From Alphaproteobacteria bacterium (GTDB taxonomy: Bacteria; Pseudomonadota; Alphaproteobacteria; UBA828): a stretch of DNA of 64,000 bases. The notes beneath the pieces are model-generated. The model did no database searches. It was given only the letters and a program-made list of their open reading frames with translations, and was not told the DNA's origin. Where the stretch lies: contig CAXXMU010000001.1 of assembly GCA_963667785.2 (NCBI GenBank), positions 256,001 through 320,000 of the forward strand, written 5' to 3'. The position numbers and the translations under genes were made by a program. Of this stretch, positions 40,277 to 51,510 are shown in pieces. The stretch's first letter is position 1. The number at the start of each line of letters is the position of its first letter.

Positions 40277-42168
40277 GGCGCGCTCTCGCCGCCGGGCAGG
40301 AGGGGCGCATCCTCCTCGCCGCGCACGTCCTCGTCGGCGAGCCGTTGCGCCAGCTCCTCGCGAAGCTCGGCGGTCTCCTGCTGGCGCCACCACATCTCGG
40401 CATAGCGGCCGTCGCGCACCAGGAGCTCCGCGTGGCGGCCGCGCTCGACGATGCGGCCTGCCTCCAGCACGAGGATCTGGTCGGCGTCGATGACGGTGGA
40501 GAGGCGGTGGGCGATCATCAGCGTGGAGCGGTCGCGGCTGACCTCCTTGAGGCTCGCCTGGATTTCCTTTTCGGTCTGCGAATCGAGGGCAGACGTTGCC
40601 TCGTCGAACAGCAGGATACGCGGATTCTTGAGGATGGTGCGCGCGATCGCGACCCGCTGCTTCTCGCCGCCCGAGAGCTTGAGGCCGCGCTCGCCGACCA
40701 GGCTCTCGTAGCCGTCGGGCAGCGTGGCGATGAAGTCGTGGATATGGGCGAGCCGCGCCGCTTCCTCAATCTCTTCCCTGCTCGCCTCGGGCCGGCCGTA
40801 GGCGATGTTGTAGTAGATCGTGTCGTTGAAGAGCACCGTGTCCTGGGGAACGATGCCGATGGCCGCGCGCAGGCTGTCCTGGCTGACCGTGCGCACGTCC
40901 TGGCCGTCGATCCTGACGTGGCCCGACTCGATGTCGTAGAAGCGGAAGAGGATGCGCGAGATGGTGGACTTGCCGGCGCCGCTCGCGCCGACGATGGCGG
41001 TGGTGGTGCCGGGCGCCACGCTGAACGAGATGCCGTCGAGGATGCCGCGCCGCTCCTCGTAGCGGAAGCGCACGTCGTCGAACTCGATGGCGCCGGCCGT
41101 CACCCGCAGCGGGGCGGCGTCCGGGGCATCCTCGATCTCGCGCTCCACCGACAGGATGCCGAACATCGACTCCATGTCGGTGAGCGACTGCTTGATCTCG
41201 CGATAGACGAAGCCGAGGAAGTTGAGCGGGATGTAGAGCTGCAGCAGGTAGGTGTTGACCAGCACGAAGTCGCCGATGGTCATGGTGCCGGCGGCGACCT
41301 CGTAGCCGGCCATGATGGTGATGCCGGTGAGCCCGGTGGCGATGATCACCCCCTGGCCGATGTTGAGCAGCGAGAGGCTGGTCTTGCTCTGCACCGCCGC
41401 TCGTTCGTATTGCCGGCGCGAGACGTCGAAGCGCTGCGCCTCGTGCATCTCGTTGCCGAAGTACTTGACCGTCTCGTAGTTGAGCAGGCTGTCGATGGCC
41501 TTGGTGTTCGCCTCGCTGTCCTTCTCGTTCATGCGCCGGCGGTACTTCAGCCGCCACTCGGTGACCGTCAGCGTGAAGGCGATGAAGGAACCGATGGTGA
41601 CGAAGGTTATCGCCGCGTAGGCGATGCCGTAGAGGAACCAGAGGATGCCGCAGACCATGGTGACCTCCACCAGGGTCGGCAGGATGTTGAACAGCATGAA
41701 GGTGAGCAGGAACTCGATCCCCTTGATGCCGCGCTCGATGGCGCGGCTGAGGCCCCCGGTGCGCCGCTCGATGTGGAAGCGGAGCGAGAGCCGGTGCAGG
41801 TGGTTGAAGACCTGCAGCGCCACGGTGCGGATCGCGCGCTCGCCCACCTTGGCGAAGACCGCGTCCCTGAGCTCGCCGAAGGCGACGGTGAGCACCCTGA
41901 GCGCGCCATAGGCGAGCAGGATCGCCACCGGCACCACGATGACCGCCGCGGTGTCATCCGAGAGGATGTCGACCGCATCCTTGTAGAGGATCGGCACATA
42001 GACGTTCGCCACCTTGGCGCCGACGAGGAGGAGCACCGCGAGCGCGACCCGGCCGCGCATCTCCAGCGAGCCGCGCGGCCAGAGATAGGGCAGCAGCGTG
42101 CGGATGGTGTGCAGGTGCGAGCGTTCCCCCGCATCCCGCACGCGGGCCTCGCGATCGAGAGAAACCAT
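40273..42168 (-). CDS. Atm1/ABCB7-type ABC exporter
   Basis: LRFHIERRTGG, DSLLNYETVKYF, PLNFLG, GASGAGKST, LSGGEKQR. Confidence 0.93.
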   Translation of the reverse strand: MVSLDREARVRDAGERSHLHTIRTLLPYLWPRGSLEMRGRVALAVLLLVGAKVANVYVPILYKDAVDILSDDTAAVIVVPVAILLAYGALRVLTVAFGELRDAVFAKVGERAIRTVALQVFNHLHRLSLRFHIERRTGGLSRAIERGIKGIEFLLTFMLFNILPTLVEVTMVCGILWFLYGIAYAAITFVTIGSFIAFTLTVTEWRLKYRRRMNEKDSEANTKAIDSLLNYETVKYFGNEMHEAQRFDVSRRQYERAAVQSKTSLSLLNIGQGVIIATGLTGITIMAGYEVAAGTMTIGDFVLVNTYLLQLYIPLNFLGFVYREIKQSLTDMESMFGILSVEREIEDAPDAAPLRVTAGAIEFDDVRFRYEERRGILDGISFSVAPGTTTAIVGASGAGKSTISRILFRFYDIESGHVRIDGQDVRTVSQDSLRAAIGIVPQDTVLFNDTIYYNIAYGRPEASREEIEEAARLAHIHDFIATLPDGYESLVGERGLKLSGGEKQRVAIARTILKNPRILLFDEATSALDSQTEKEIQASLKEVSRDRSTLMIAHRLSTVIDADQILVLEAGRIVERGRHAELLVRDGRYAEMWWRQQETAELREELAQRLADEDVRGEEDAPLLPGGESAP

Positions 42169-42290
42169 GGGGCCGTGAGTCCGGTGGCTCGCCCCGCCGC
42201 CGGCGGGGCTCAGGGCGCGTCAGGCGCGTGTGTCACATAAGCACGATGCGGCGGCGGATCAAATGCCGCCGCCCGTTCGCCTGGCGCCGA

Positions 42291-44435
<2,145 letters not shown>

Positions 44436-44439
44436 GCGC

Positions 44440-45081
44440 TCACGCTCCCTCGCCGGCGCCGATCGCGTCCAGTCCCCAGGGGGTCCAGCCGTCCGCGCGG
44501 TCGCGCGCGAACAGCTCGATCCGGCGCGCGTCCGGGAACATCGCCTCGATGCGGTGGCGCACCTCGTCGGGCTTCCGCGAATGATTGCCGCGCTTCTCGC
44601 TCACGAGCTGGCGGACGTTGCGGGCGCCGCGCGGCGCCGGAATCCGCCCGTGCTTGAAGACGAGGCAGAGCTCGCACTGGCTGAGCGTATAGAAGCCAGG
44701 GTTGACGCGCTGCTTGTCCCAGACGAAGGCGACCGTGGCCCAGGCGAAGCCCCAGTGCTTGCCGAGCGCGATCGCCTGGTCGAGATGCGGGCTCGACGAC
44801 CACATGAAGAGCAGGCTGTCGCGCGCCCGGATGCGGGGGATGTCGAGCCCGGCGAGCGCCTCCAGCGTCACGGTGGGGTAGTGGCGCGCGGCCCCGCCGG
44901 TGTCCCCGCTGCCGGGCCCGGCGTGCTGAAGCTGCCCGCGATAGTCCCAGGGGGGATCGGCATAGATGATCTCGAACTGCGCCTTCGGCAGGGCGGGGAA
45001 TGCCGCCGCCTCGGCTGGCTGCGGAGTCCGCCGCTGCGCCGGCAGGGTAACGGGGGCCGCCCCCGGAAAGTGCCCGTCCAT
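44440..45081 (-). CDS. MT-A70 family (beta-class) N6-adenine methyltransferase
   Basis: [34 protein letters not shown]; alternative start at 45102. Confidence 0.9.
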   Translation of the reverse strand: MDGHFPGAAPVTLPAQRRTPQPAEAAAFPALPKAQFEIIYADPPWDYRGQLQHAGPGSGDTGGAARHYPTVTLEALAGLDIPRIRARDSLLFMWSSSPHLDQAIALGKHWGFAWATVAFVWDKQRVNPGFYTLSQCELCLVFKHGRIPAPRGARNVRQLVSEKRGNHSRKPDEVRHRIEAMFPDARRIELFARDRADGWTPWGLDAIGAGEGA

Positions 45082-45220
45082 CGTCTCGCGCCCTTGCGCC
45101 AAAGGTAGACGGCAGAGGCCGCCTGCCGCAAGGCGCGTGGCGCTGCCGCTCGCCGCGTCGATTGAAGGGCGGGCGGGCCTTCGGCATCATGCGCCGACGG
45201 CGCGCACGCGGAGGCGACCC

Positions 45221-46843
45221 ATGCACGCGACCATGATGGACTACCCGCTCACCCTCGCCCACTACCTGGAGCGGGCGGGCACGCTGCTCGGCGATCGCGA
45301 GATCGTCACCCGCCTGCCGGACAGGTCGGTGCACCGCTACCGCTTCGGCGATTTCCACCGCCGCGCGCGGCAGCTCGCCTCGGCGCTGGCCCGCGCGGGG
45401 CTGAAGCGGGGCGAGCCGGTGGCCACCATGAAGTGGAACAACTATCCGCATCAGGAGGCCTATTTCGGCGTGGCCTGCGCCGGCGGCGTGCTGCATACCC
45501 TCAACTTCCGCCTTCACCCGAACGACATAGCCTACATCGCCAACCACGCCGGCGACCGCTTCGTGATCGTGGACGACGTGCTGCTCCCGCTCTTCGAGAA
45601 GGTCCGGCCGGAGATCGCGGCCGAGCGCGTGTTCGTGGTGGCGCTCTCGGGCGCGCCGGTGCCGGCGGGCTACGAGAGCTACGAGGACCTGCTCGGGACC
45701 GGCGACGCCGACGACGACCTGCCCCGGCCGGAGGAGGGCGATGCCTGCGGCGTCTGCTACACCTCGGGCACCACCGGCAGGCCCAAGGGCGTCGTCTACT
45801 CGCACCGCGCGATGGTGCTCCACACCATGGCGATGTGCATGACCGAGCCCTTCGGGCTGAGCCAGAACGACACGATCATGCCGGTGGTGCCGATGTTCCA
45901 CGCCAATGCCTGGGGCCTGCCCTACGGCGCCGTCGCGTCCGGCGCCCGCATCGTCCTGCCCGGCCCCCATCTCGACCCGGTGAGCCTGCTCGATCTCGCC
46001 GAGGCCGAGGGGGTCACGTTCGCCGCCGGCGTGCCGACGATCTGGAACGGAATCCTCCAGGCGCTCGACGCCGAGCCCGACCGCTGGTCGCTCGCTGCGG
46101 GGCTGCGGACCGCAGTCGGCGGCTCGGCTGCGAGCGAGGCGATGATCCGCGGCTTCGACCGCCACGGCGTCCGCACCATCCACGCCTGGGGCATGACCGA
46201 GACCACGCCGCTCGGCAGCGCCGCGGTCCTGAAGTCGTCCATGGAGGCGCTCGACGAGGACACGCGCTACGACTACCGGGCGAAGCAAGGTATCGCCATG
46301 CCCTTCGTCGACATGCGGCTGATGAACGACGCCGGCATGGTGCCCAGGGACGGCGAGACCATGGGCGAGCTGCAGGTGCGCGGGCCCTGGGTCGCCGCCG
46401 CCTATCACGAGTCGGACGAGCTCGCCGACAAGTGGACGGACGACGGCTGGCTGCGAACCGGCGACGTCGCCACCATCGACGCCGAAGGGTTCATGAAGAT
46501 CACCGACCGCACCAAGGACCTGATCAAGTCCGGCGGCGAGTGGATCAGCTCGGTCGATCTGGAGAACGCGCTCATGGGCCACGATGCCGTGAGCGAGGCT
46601 GCGGTCATCGCGGTCCGCCACGCGAAGTGGGAGGAGCGCCCGCTCGCCGTCGTCGTGCTGAAGGAAGGCGCACAGGCGGACGCGGATGCGCTGCAGGGCC
46701 ACCTCGCCGGCCGCTTCGCCAAGTGGTGGCTGCCGGACGACTATGTCTTCGTGGACGAGATCCCGCGCACGTCCACCGGCAAGTTCCTCAAGTCGGCGCT
46801 GCGCGAGCGCTACGAGGAGCGGCTGGTGGCCGGCGACGGCTGA
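45221..46843 (+). CDS. Medium/long-chain acyl-CoA ligase (AlkK/DmdB-like)
   Basis: YTSGTTGRPKG, PMFHANAWG, WGMTE, TGD, KSGGEWISS, TSTGK. Confidence 0.93.
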   Translation: MHATMMDYPLTLAHYLERAGTLLGDREIVTRLPDRSVHRYRFGDFHRRARQLASALARAGLKRGEPVATMKWNNYPHQEAYFGVACAGGVLHTLNFRLHPNDIAYIANHAGDRFVIVDDVLLPLFEKVRPEIAAERVFVVALSGAPVPAGYESYEDLLGTGDADDDLPRPEEGDACGVCYTSGTTGRPKGVVYSHRAMVLHTMAMCMTEPFGLSQNDTIMPVVPMFHANAWGLPYGAVASGARIVLPGPHLDPVSLLDLAEAEGVTFAAGVPTIWNGILQALDAEPDRWSLAAGLRTAVGGSAASEAMIRGFDRHGVRTIHAWGMTETTPLGSAAVLKSSMEALDEDTRYDYRAKQGIAMPFVDMRLMNDAGMVPRDGETMGELQVRGPWVAAAYHESDELADKWTDDGWLRTGDVATIDAEGFMKITDRTKDLIKSGGEWISSVDLENALMGHDAVSEAAVIAVRHAKWEERPLAVVVLKEGAQADADALQGHLAGRFAKWWLPDDYVFVDEIPRTSTGKFLKSALRERYEERLVAGDG

Positions 46844-48591
46844 GGTTTCGGCGGCACGCGCGCGCCTTCCCGGCGCGCTGCTGTCGCGGCCTCGTCCACC
46901 TGCAGGGGGTCGCCCCGGAAAACCACGCCGAAGAGGCGCGCCGCCTCGTCCGCCGTGTAGTAGCCCCGCATCACGTCCCGCAGCACCAGCGCCGGGTCGC
47001 GCTCGCTCGCATTCCCGTAGCCGCCGCCGCCCGGCGTGGAGACGCGCACCGTGTCGCCGGGGCGGAGCGCGATCTCCTGGTCCTTGGAGAGATGCGGCGG
47101 CCGGTAGGACGTGCCGTCGGCGCGGATCACGTCCACGGTGTTGACCCCGCCGGGCTCGCCGCCCTGGGCGCCGTTCGGCCCGGTGCGGCCGTGGTCCATC
47201 ACCATCGAGGCGTTGGCGGCGCCCCGCCGGAGCGTGCACGCGTAGGTGACGCCGAAGCCGCCGCGCCAGCGGCCGGCCCCGCCCGAGCCCTCGTGCAGGG
47301 AATACTCCTGGAAGAGCACCGGGTACTTCTGCTCCATCACCTCGATGGGCTGCGACTTGGAGATGCCGATGGTCGAGCAGCCGTTGGTGAGCCCGTCGCC
47401 CGCCGGCGAGCCGCCGTAGCCGCCGCCGGTGAAGAGGTACATCACGAAATCCCGCGCCCGCGCGGGGTCGGTTCCGCCCACGGCGAAGTTGCCGGAGGTG
47501 CCGGCGGGCGCGGCGAAGAGGCGCTCGGGGATCGCCTGGGCCAGCGCGTCGAACACGGCCTCGGCGATGCGCTGGCTCACCTCCGCCGCGCAGCCCGAGA
47601 CCGGACGCGGGTACTCGGCATGGAGGAAGGTGCCTCGGGGCTCTTCGATGTGCAGCGGCTCGAACATGCCGGCGTTGATCGGCACGTCGGGGAAGACGTG
47701 GCGGATCGCGAGATAGATCGAGGACTTGGTGGTCGCCGCCACGCTGTTCATGGGGCCGGCGCAGGGCGGGCTCGAGCGCGCCATGTCGAAGTGGAGCTCG
47801 GTCCCCGCCACGCGCACCCGCATGTCGATGGTGAGCGGCTCGTTCACCACGCCGTCGGAATCGACCTGGGCGTGGCCGCGATAGGTGCCGTCGGGGATGG
47901 TCGCGATCTTGGCCCGCATCTGCTGCGCCGCGCGCCGGCGCATCTCGGCGATCACGTCCTCGACGAGCGCCGCGCCGTACTTGTCGAGCAGGGCCGTCAT
48001 CCGCCGCGCGCCCACCAGCAGCGCCGACGACTGGGCCTCGATGTCGCCGATGCGCTGCTCCGGCACGCGGATGTTGGAGAGGATGATGGAGAGGAGCTCC
48101 TCGTCGATCCTCCCCTCCTTGTAGAGCTTGACCGGCGGGAAGCGCAGGCCCTCCTGCACCACCTCGGTGGCGCGCGCCGAGAACCCGCCCGGCACCATGC
48201 CGCCGGTGTCCGGCCAGTGGCCTGTGTTGGAGAGCCAGGCGAAGTGCGCGCCCCGGTAGAAGAAGGGCATGGCGAAGCGCACGTCCATCAGGTGGGTGCC
48301 GCCGAGATAGGGGTCGTTGACGGCGAAGATGTCGCCCTCGCGCACGGTGGGCTTCGTGGCGATCAGATGCTCGGTCGAGAACTGCATCGTGCCGACGAAG
48401 ACCGGCAGCCCCAGCTCGCCCTGCGCGATGAGCTTGCCGTCCTCCTTCGCGTAGATGCCGTCCGAGCGGTCGAGTCCCTCGGAGATGACCGGGCTGAAGG
48501 CGGAGCGCACGAAGGCGAGGTCCATCTCGTTGCAGACCTGCTGCAGGCCGCTCTGCACCACGCCGAGGGTGATGGGATCGAGGCTGCTCAC
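46810..48591 (-). CDS. Hydantoinase B / oxoprolinase family subunit
   Basis: RSAFSPVI, NDPYLGGTHLMD, GHWPDTGG, QEGL, GAGRWRGG, TPGGGGYG. Confidence 0.95.
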   Translation of the reverse strand: MSSLDPITLGVVQSGLQQVCNEMDLAFVRSAFSPVISEGLDRSDGIYAKEDGKLIAQGELGLPVFVGTMQFSTEHLIATKPTVREGDIFAVNDPYLGGTHLMDVRFAMPFFYRGAHFAWLSNTGHWPDTGGMVPGGFSARATEVVQEGLRFPPVKLYKEGRIDEELLSIILSNIRVPEQRIGDIEAQSSALLVGARRMTALLDKYGAALVEDVIAEMRRRAAQQMRAKIATIPDGTYRGHAQVDSDGVVNEPLTIDMRVRVAGTELHFDMARSSPPCAGPMNSVAATTKSSIYLAIRHVFPDVPINAGMFEPLHIEEPRGTFLHAEYPRPVSGCAAEVSQRIAEAVFDALAQAIPERLFAAPAGTSGNFAVGGTDPARARDFVMYLFTGGGYGGSPAGDGLTNGCSTIGISKSQPIEVMEQKYPVLFQEYSLHEGSGGAGRWRGGFGVTYACTLRRGAANASMVMDHGRTGPNGAQGGEPGGVNTVDVIRADGTSYRPPHLSKDQEIALRPGDTVRVSTPGGGGYGNASERDPALVLRDVMRGYYTADEAARLFGVVFRGDPLQVDEAATAARREGARVPPKPQPSPATSRSS

Positions 48592-50627
48592 GGGCCGATC
48601 TCCACGATCAGGTTGCCGATGGCATCGAGGGATGCCCGGTTGCCCGGCTCGACGACGCTGGTGCAGTCGGTCTGCTGGATGATCGCCGGACCCTCGAAGC
48701 CGGCGCCGGCAGGGAGCCGCTCGCGGTCGTAGACCGGCGTCTCCTGCCAGCCGGCGGGGAACCAGACGCGGCGGGAGCCGACCACCGCCTCGCCCAGGGT
48801 CGCGGCCTGGCGCGCGCCCGCGAGCGCCGCGAGCGGCACCGCGGGCCGGGCGCCGATCACGGCGGTGTGGAGGTTGACGAGCACCGGGCGGATCGTGTCG
48901 AGCGCGACGGCGAAGCGCTCCCAGTATGCCGCCTCGAAGGCCTGCTGCAGCGCCTCGCGCGTCGCGTCGGGTCGCTCCACGGGCACCGTCAGCAGGTGGG
49001 TCTGCCCCTCGAACTGCATGTCGGCGCTGTGGTGGCAGGCGATGGCGCCGACCGCGACGCCCTCGTCCGCGATGGCTGCGCGCCCCTGCGCCGCCTGGCG
49101 TTCGAGGATCGCGCGCACGCCCGCCACGTCGACGTCCGCCAGCGGCGCGTTCACCGTGTTCACGAAGTCGTGGCGGATGTCGGCGGTGATGCAGCCGACG
49201 GCGCTGGTGATCCCCGGCCGGGCCGGGATCATCACGCGCGGGATGCCGAGCTCGGCAGCAAGCGCTGCGGCGTGCATGGGGCCGGCGCCGCCGAAGGCGA
49301 ACAGCACGAAGTCGCGCGGGTCGTGGCCGCGCGCGAGCGTCGCCATGCGGATCGCGCCGGCCATGCGGTCGTTGGCGATGCGGATCACCGCGGCCGCAGC
49401 ACCCTCGGCATCGAGGCCGAGCGGGCCGCCGACGGTCTCCGCGAACACGGCCCGCACGGCGCCCGCCGCGACCGGGGAGTCCACCGCCAGCAGCGAGTCC
49501 GGATCGAGCCGGCCGAGGATCAGGTTGGCGTCGGTGAGCGTCGGCCGCGCGCCGCCCCGGCCGTAGCAGATCGGCCCCGGCTGGGCGCCGGCGCTCTCCG
49601 GCCCCACCTGGAGCAGGCCGGCCTCGTCGATCCGCGCGATGCTGCCGCCGCCGGCGCCGACCGTGTGCACGTCCACCATGGGGACGTGGATCGGCATGCC
49701 GTGCTCCAGCTCCATCTCGGCCGTGACCGCCGGCACGCCCTCCAGCACAAGGCCCACGTCGGCGCTGGTGCCGCCGGTGTCGAAGGTGATCAGGTCGCGG
49801 CACCCGGCGGCGCGGCCGATGGCGGCGGCGGCCATGACGCCCGAGGCGGGGCCGGAGAGCACGGTGTTGACGGCCTTCGCCGCGGCCGAGCGGGCGGAGA
49901 CGCTGCCGCCGTTGCCCTGGATCACCAGCAGCTCGCGCCCGTAGCCGCGCGCGCCCAGCTCGCTCTCGAGCTGGTCGAGATAGCGGTGCAGCAGCGGCTG
50001 GACGCAGGCGTTCACCGCCGCGGCGACGCCGCGCTCGTACTCGCGGAACTCGGAGAGGATCGCGTGGCCGGCGGTGACGTGGCCGCCGGGCCAGCACTCG
50101 CGGGCGATGGCGAGCGCGCGCTCCTCGTGCCGGGGGTTCTTGTAGCTGTGCAGGAAGTGGATCACCAGCGAATCGCAGCCGGCGGCCTCCAGCGTCGTCA
50201 GCGCGGCGCGCACCGCGTCCTCGTCCAGCGGCACCAGCACCTCACCGGCGGCGTCCATGCGCTCCGGCACCTCGATGCGCAGCTCGCGCGGGATCAACGG
50301 CGTGAAGCTGCCGATGAGTCCGTAGGCGTGGGGCCGCGTGCGCCGGCCGAGCTCGAGGATGTCGCGGAAGCCCTGCGTCGTGATCAGGCCGCAGCGGCTG
50401 AGCTTGCGCTCGAGCAGCGCGTTGGTGGTGACCGTGGTGCCGTGAACGATGGCGGCGATGTCGGCGAAGGAGGCGGCGGCCCGGTCGAGCGCCGCGAGCA
50501 CGCCCGCTGCCTGGTTCGCCGGCGTCGACGGCACCTTGGCCAGGCGCACGGCGCCGGTCTCGGGCTCCACGAGGATGAGATCGGTGAAGGTTCCGCCGAC
50601 ATCCACGCCGACGACCGCGCCGCTCAT
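48588..50627 (-). CDS. Hydantoinase A / oxoprolinase family ATP-binding subunit
   Basis: DVGGTFTD, HGTTVTTNALLE, SGPASG, DTGGTS, GAGGGS, GPESAGAQPGP, FGGAG. Confidence 0.95.
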   Translation of the reverse strand: MSGAVVGVDVGGTFTDLILVEPETGAVRLAKVPSTPANQAAGVLAALDRAAASFADIAAIVHGTTVTTNALLERKLSRCGLITTQGFRDILELGRRTRPHAYGLIGSFTPLIPRELRIEVPERMDAAGEVLVPLDEDAVRAALTTLEAAGCDSLVIHFLHSYKNPRHEERALAIARECWPGGHVTAGHAILSEFREYERGVAAAVNACVQPLLHRYLDQLESELGARGYGRELLVIQGNGGSVSARSAAAKAVNTVLSGPASGVMAAAAIGRAAGCRDLITFDTGGTSADVGLVLEGVPAVTAEMELEHGMPIHVPMVDVHTVGAGGGSIARIDEAGLLQVGPESAGAQPGPICYGRGGARPTLTDANLILGRLDPDSLLAVDSPVAAGAVRAVFAETVGGPLGLDAEGAAAAVIRIANDRMAGAIRMATLARGHDPRDFVLFAFGGAGPMHAAALAAELGIPRVMIPARPGITSAVGCITADIRHDFVNTVNAPLADVDVAGVRAILERQAAQGRAAIADEGVAVGAIACHHSADMQFEGQTHLLTVPVERPDATREALQQAFEAAYWERFAVALDTIRPVLVNLHTAVIGARPAVPLAALAGARQAATLGEAVVGSRRVWFPAGWQETPVYDRERLPAGAGFEGPAIIQQTDCTSVVEPGNRASLDAIGNLIVEIGP

Positions 50628-50634
50628 GAAACGC

Positions 50635-51510
50635 TCATGCGGCGACGGAGGCGCGGCCTGCGCCACCGGCGTCCGCCGGCGCGAGCGCGCGGGTCTCGCC
50701 CTGGAGCGCGAGGCGGGCCGTCTCGATGAGGCCGGCGCGCTGCATCGCCCGCGCCTCCGCAAGCCCGGCATCCAGCGCCGCCGCTACGGCATGGGCGGGG
50801 AGCGGTCCCACCGCGACAATAACCAGTTGCATGCCCAGGTCGCTGTCCTCGCGAAGCGACACGGCCGGCGCGCGCTCGATGGCCGGATGGTCGAGCGTGA
50901 TCGCGTTGGCGATCAGCGTCGCCGCGGCGTCCGCCGCAGCCGCCGTCCGCGCCAGCACCGTGACCGCATCGGCGATGCCGAGCGAGAGCGAGCGCCCGCG
51001 CCAGCCCGACGTCGCCATGCCCCGTGCGGGTGCGTCCGCGCCGAGAGTGATCCGCCCGTCGAGTCCCGGCCGGTCGGGGTCGTTCACCACGCCCGCGGCG
51101 AGCGCGGTTCCAGCCGTGAGATGCACGGCGATGTCGCCGCCGTTGTTGGCGTAGGCGCGCGAAAGGCGGCGCCCAGCCGTCATGGCGGCCAGCACCTCGT
51201 CGGCGACGGCGCCGGCGACTGCCGCCATGGGCGTGACGAAGCGCGCCCGATGGGGCCAGCAGGCGTCCACCATGCGCCGCGCCACCGGGCCGCGCGGTGC
51301 AGGCCGCGTCTCGCCGAGGGGGCGGCGCAGCAGGGCGAGCTCGGCCACCAGGTCGCCCAGGATCGCGGCGAAGCATTCGCCCGCCTGGCGGTAGGCGGCG
51401 CCCACCTCCGCCGCCTCACCGAAGGCCTCGGCCACGATGTCGATCGGCCCGTGCTGCAGGTGCAGCCTGCGGCCGTCGCCCAGCATCGCGATGCGGGCCG
51501 TGCCGCTCAT
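50635..51510 (-). CDS. UPF0280 family, ApbE-like (putative flavin transferase)
   Basis: LHLQHGPID, TPMAAVAGAVAD, NNGGD, ATSG..GRSLSLGIADAVTV. Confidence 0.88.
   Translation of the reverse strand: MSGTARIAMLGDGRRLHLQHGPIDIVAEAFGEAAEVGAAYRQAGECFAAILGDLVAELALLRRPLGETRPAPRGPVARRMVDACWPHRARFVTPMAAVAGAVADEVLAAMTAGRRLSRAYANNGGDIAVHLTAGTALAAGVVNDPDRPGLDGRITLGADAPARGMATSGWRGRSLSLGIADAVTVLARTAAAADAAATLIANAITLDHPAIERAPAVSLREDSDLGMQLVIVAVGPLPAHAVAAALDAGLAEARAMQRAGLIETARLALQGETRALAPADAGGAGRASVAA

Noticed and set aside
45103-45220. Cobalamin riboswitch upstream of the MT-A70/mutase genes
   Set aside because: The gap is short and I could not identify B12-box or other conserved riboswitch elements.
46810-46843. 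34-nt convergent overlap of hydantoinase B and the CoA ligase as a functional link
   Set aside because: Short 3' overlaps are common in GC-rich genomes, and nothing in the sequence ties the ligase to the operon.
45433-48732. Very long alternative-frame or antisense ORFs (1099 aa here; also 55855-58893, 53021-55810, 44432-47239 and others)
   Set aside because: They shadow well-supported genes, are Arg/Gly/Ala-rich without motifs, and are expected from stop-codon scarcity at this GC content.
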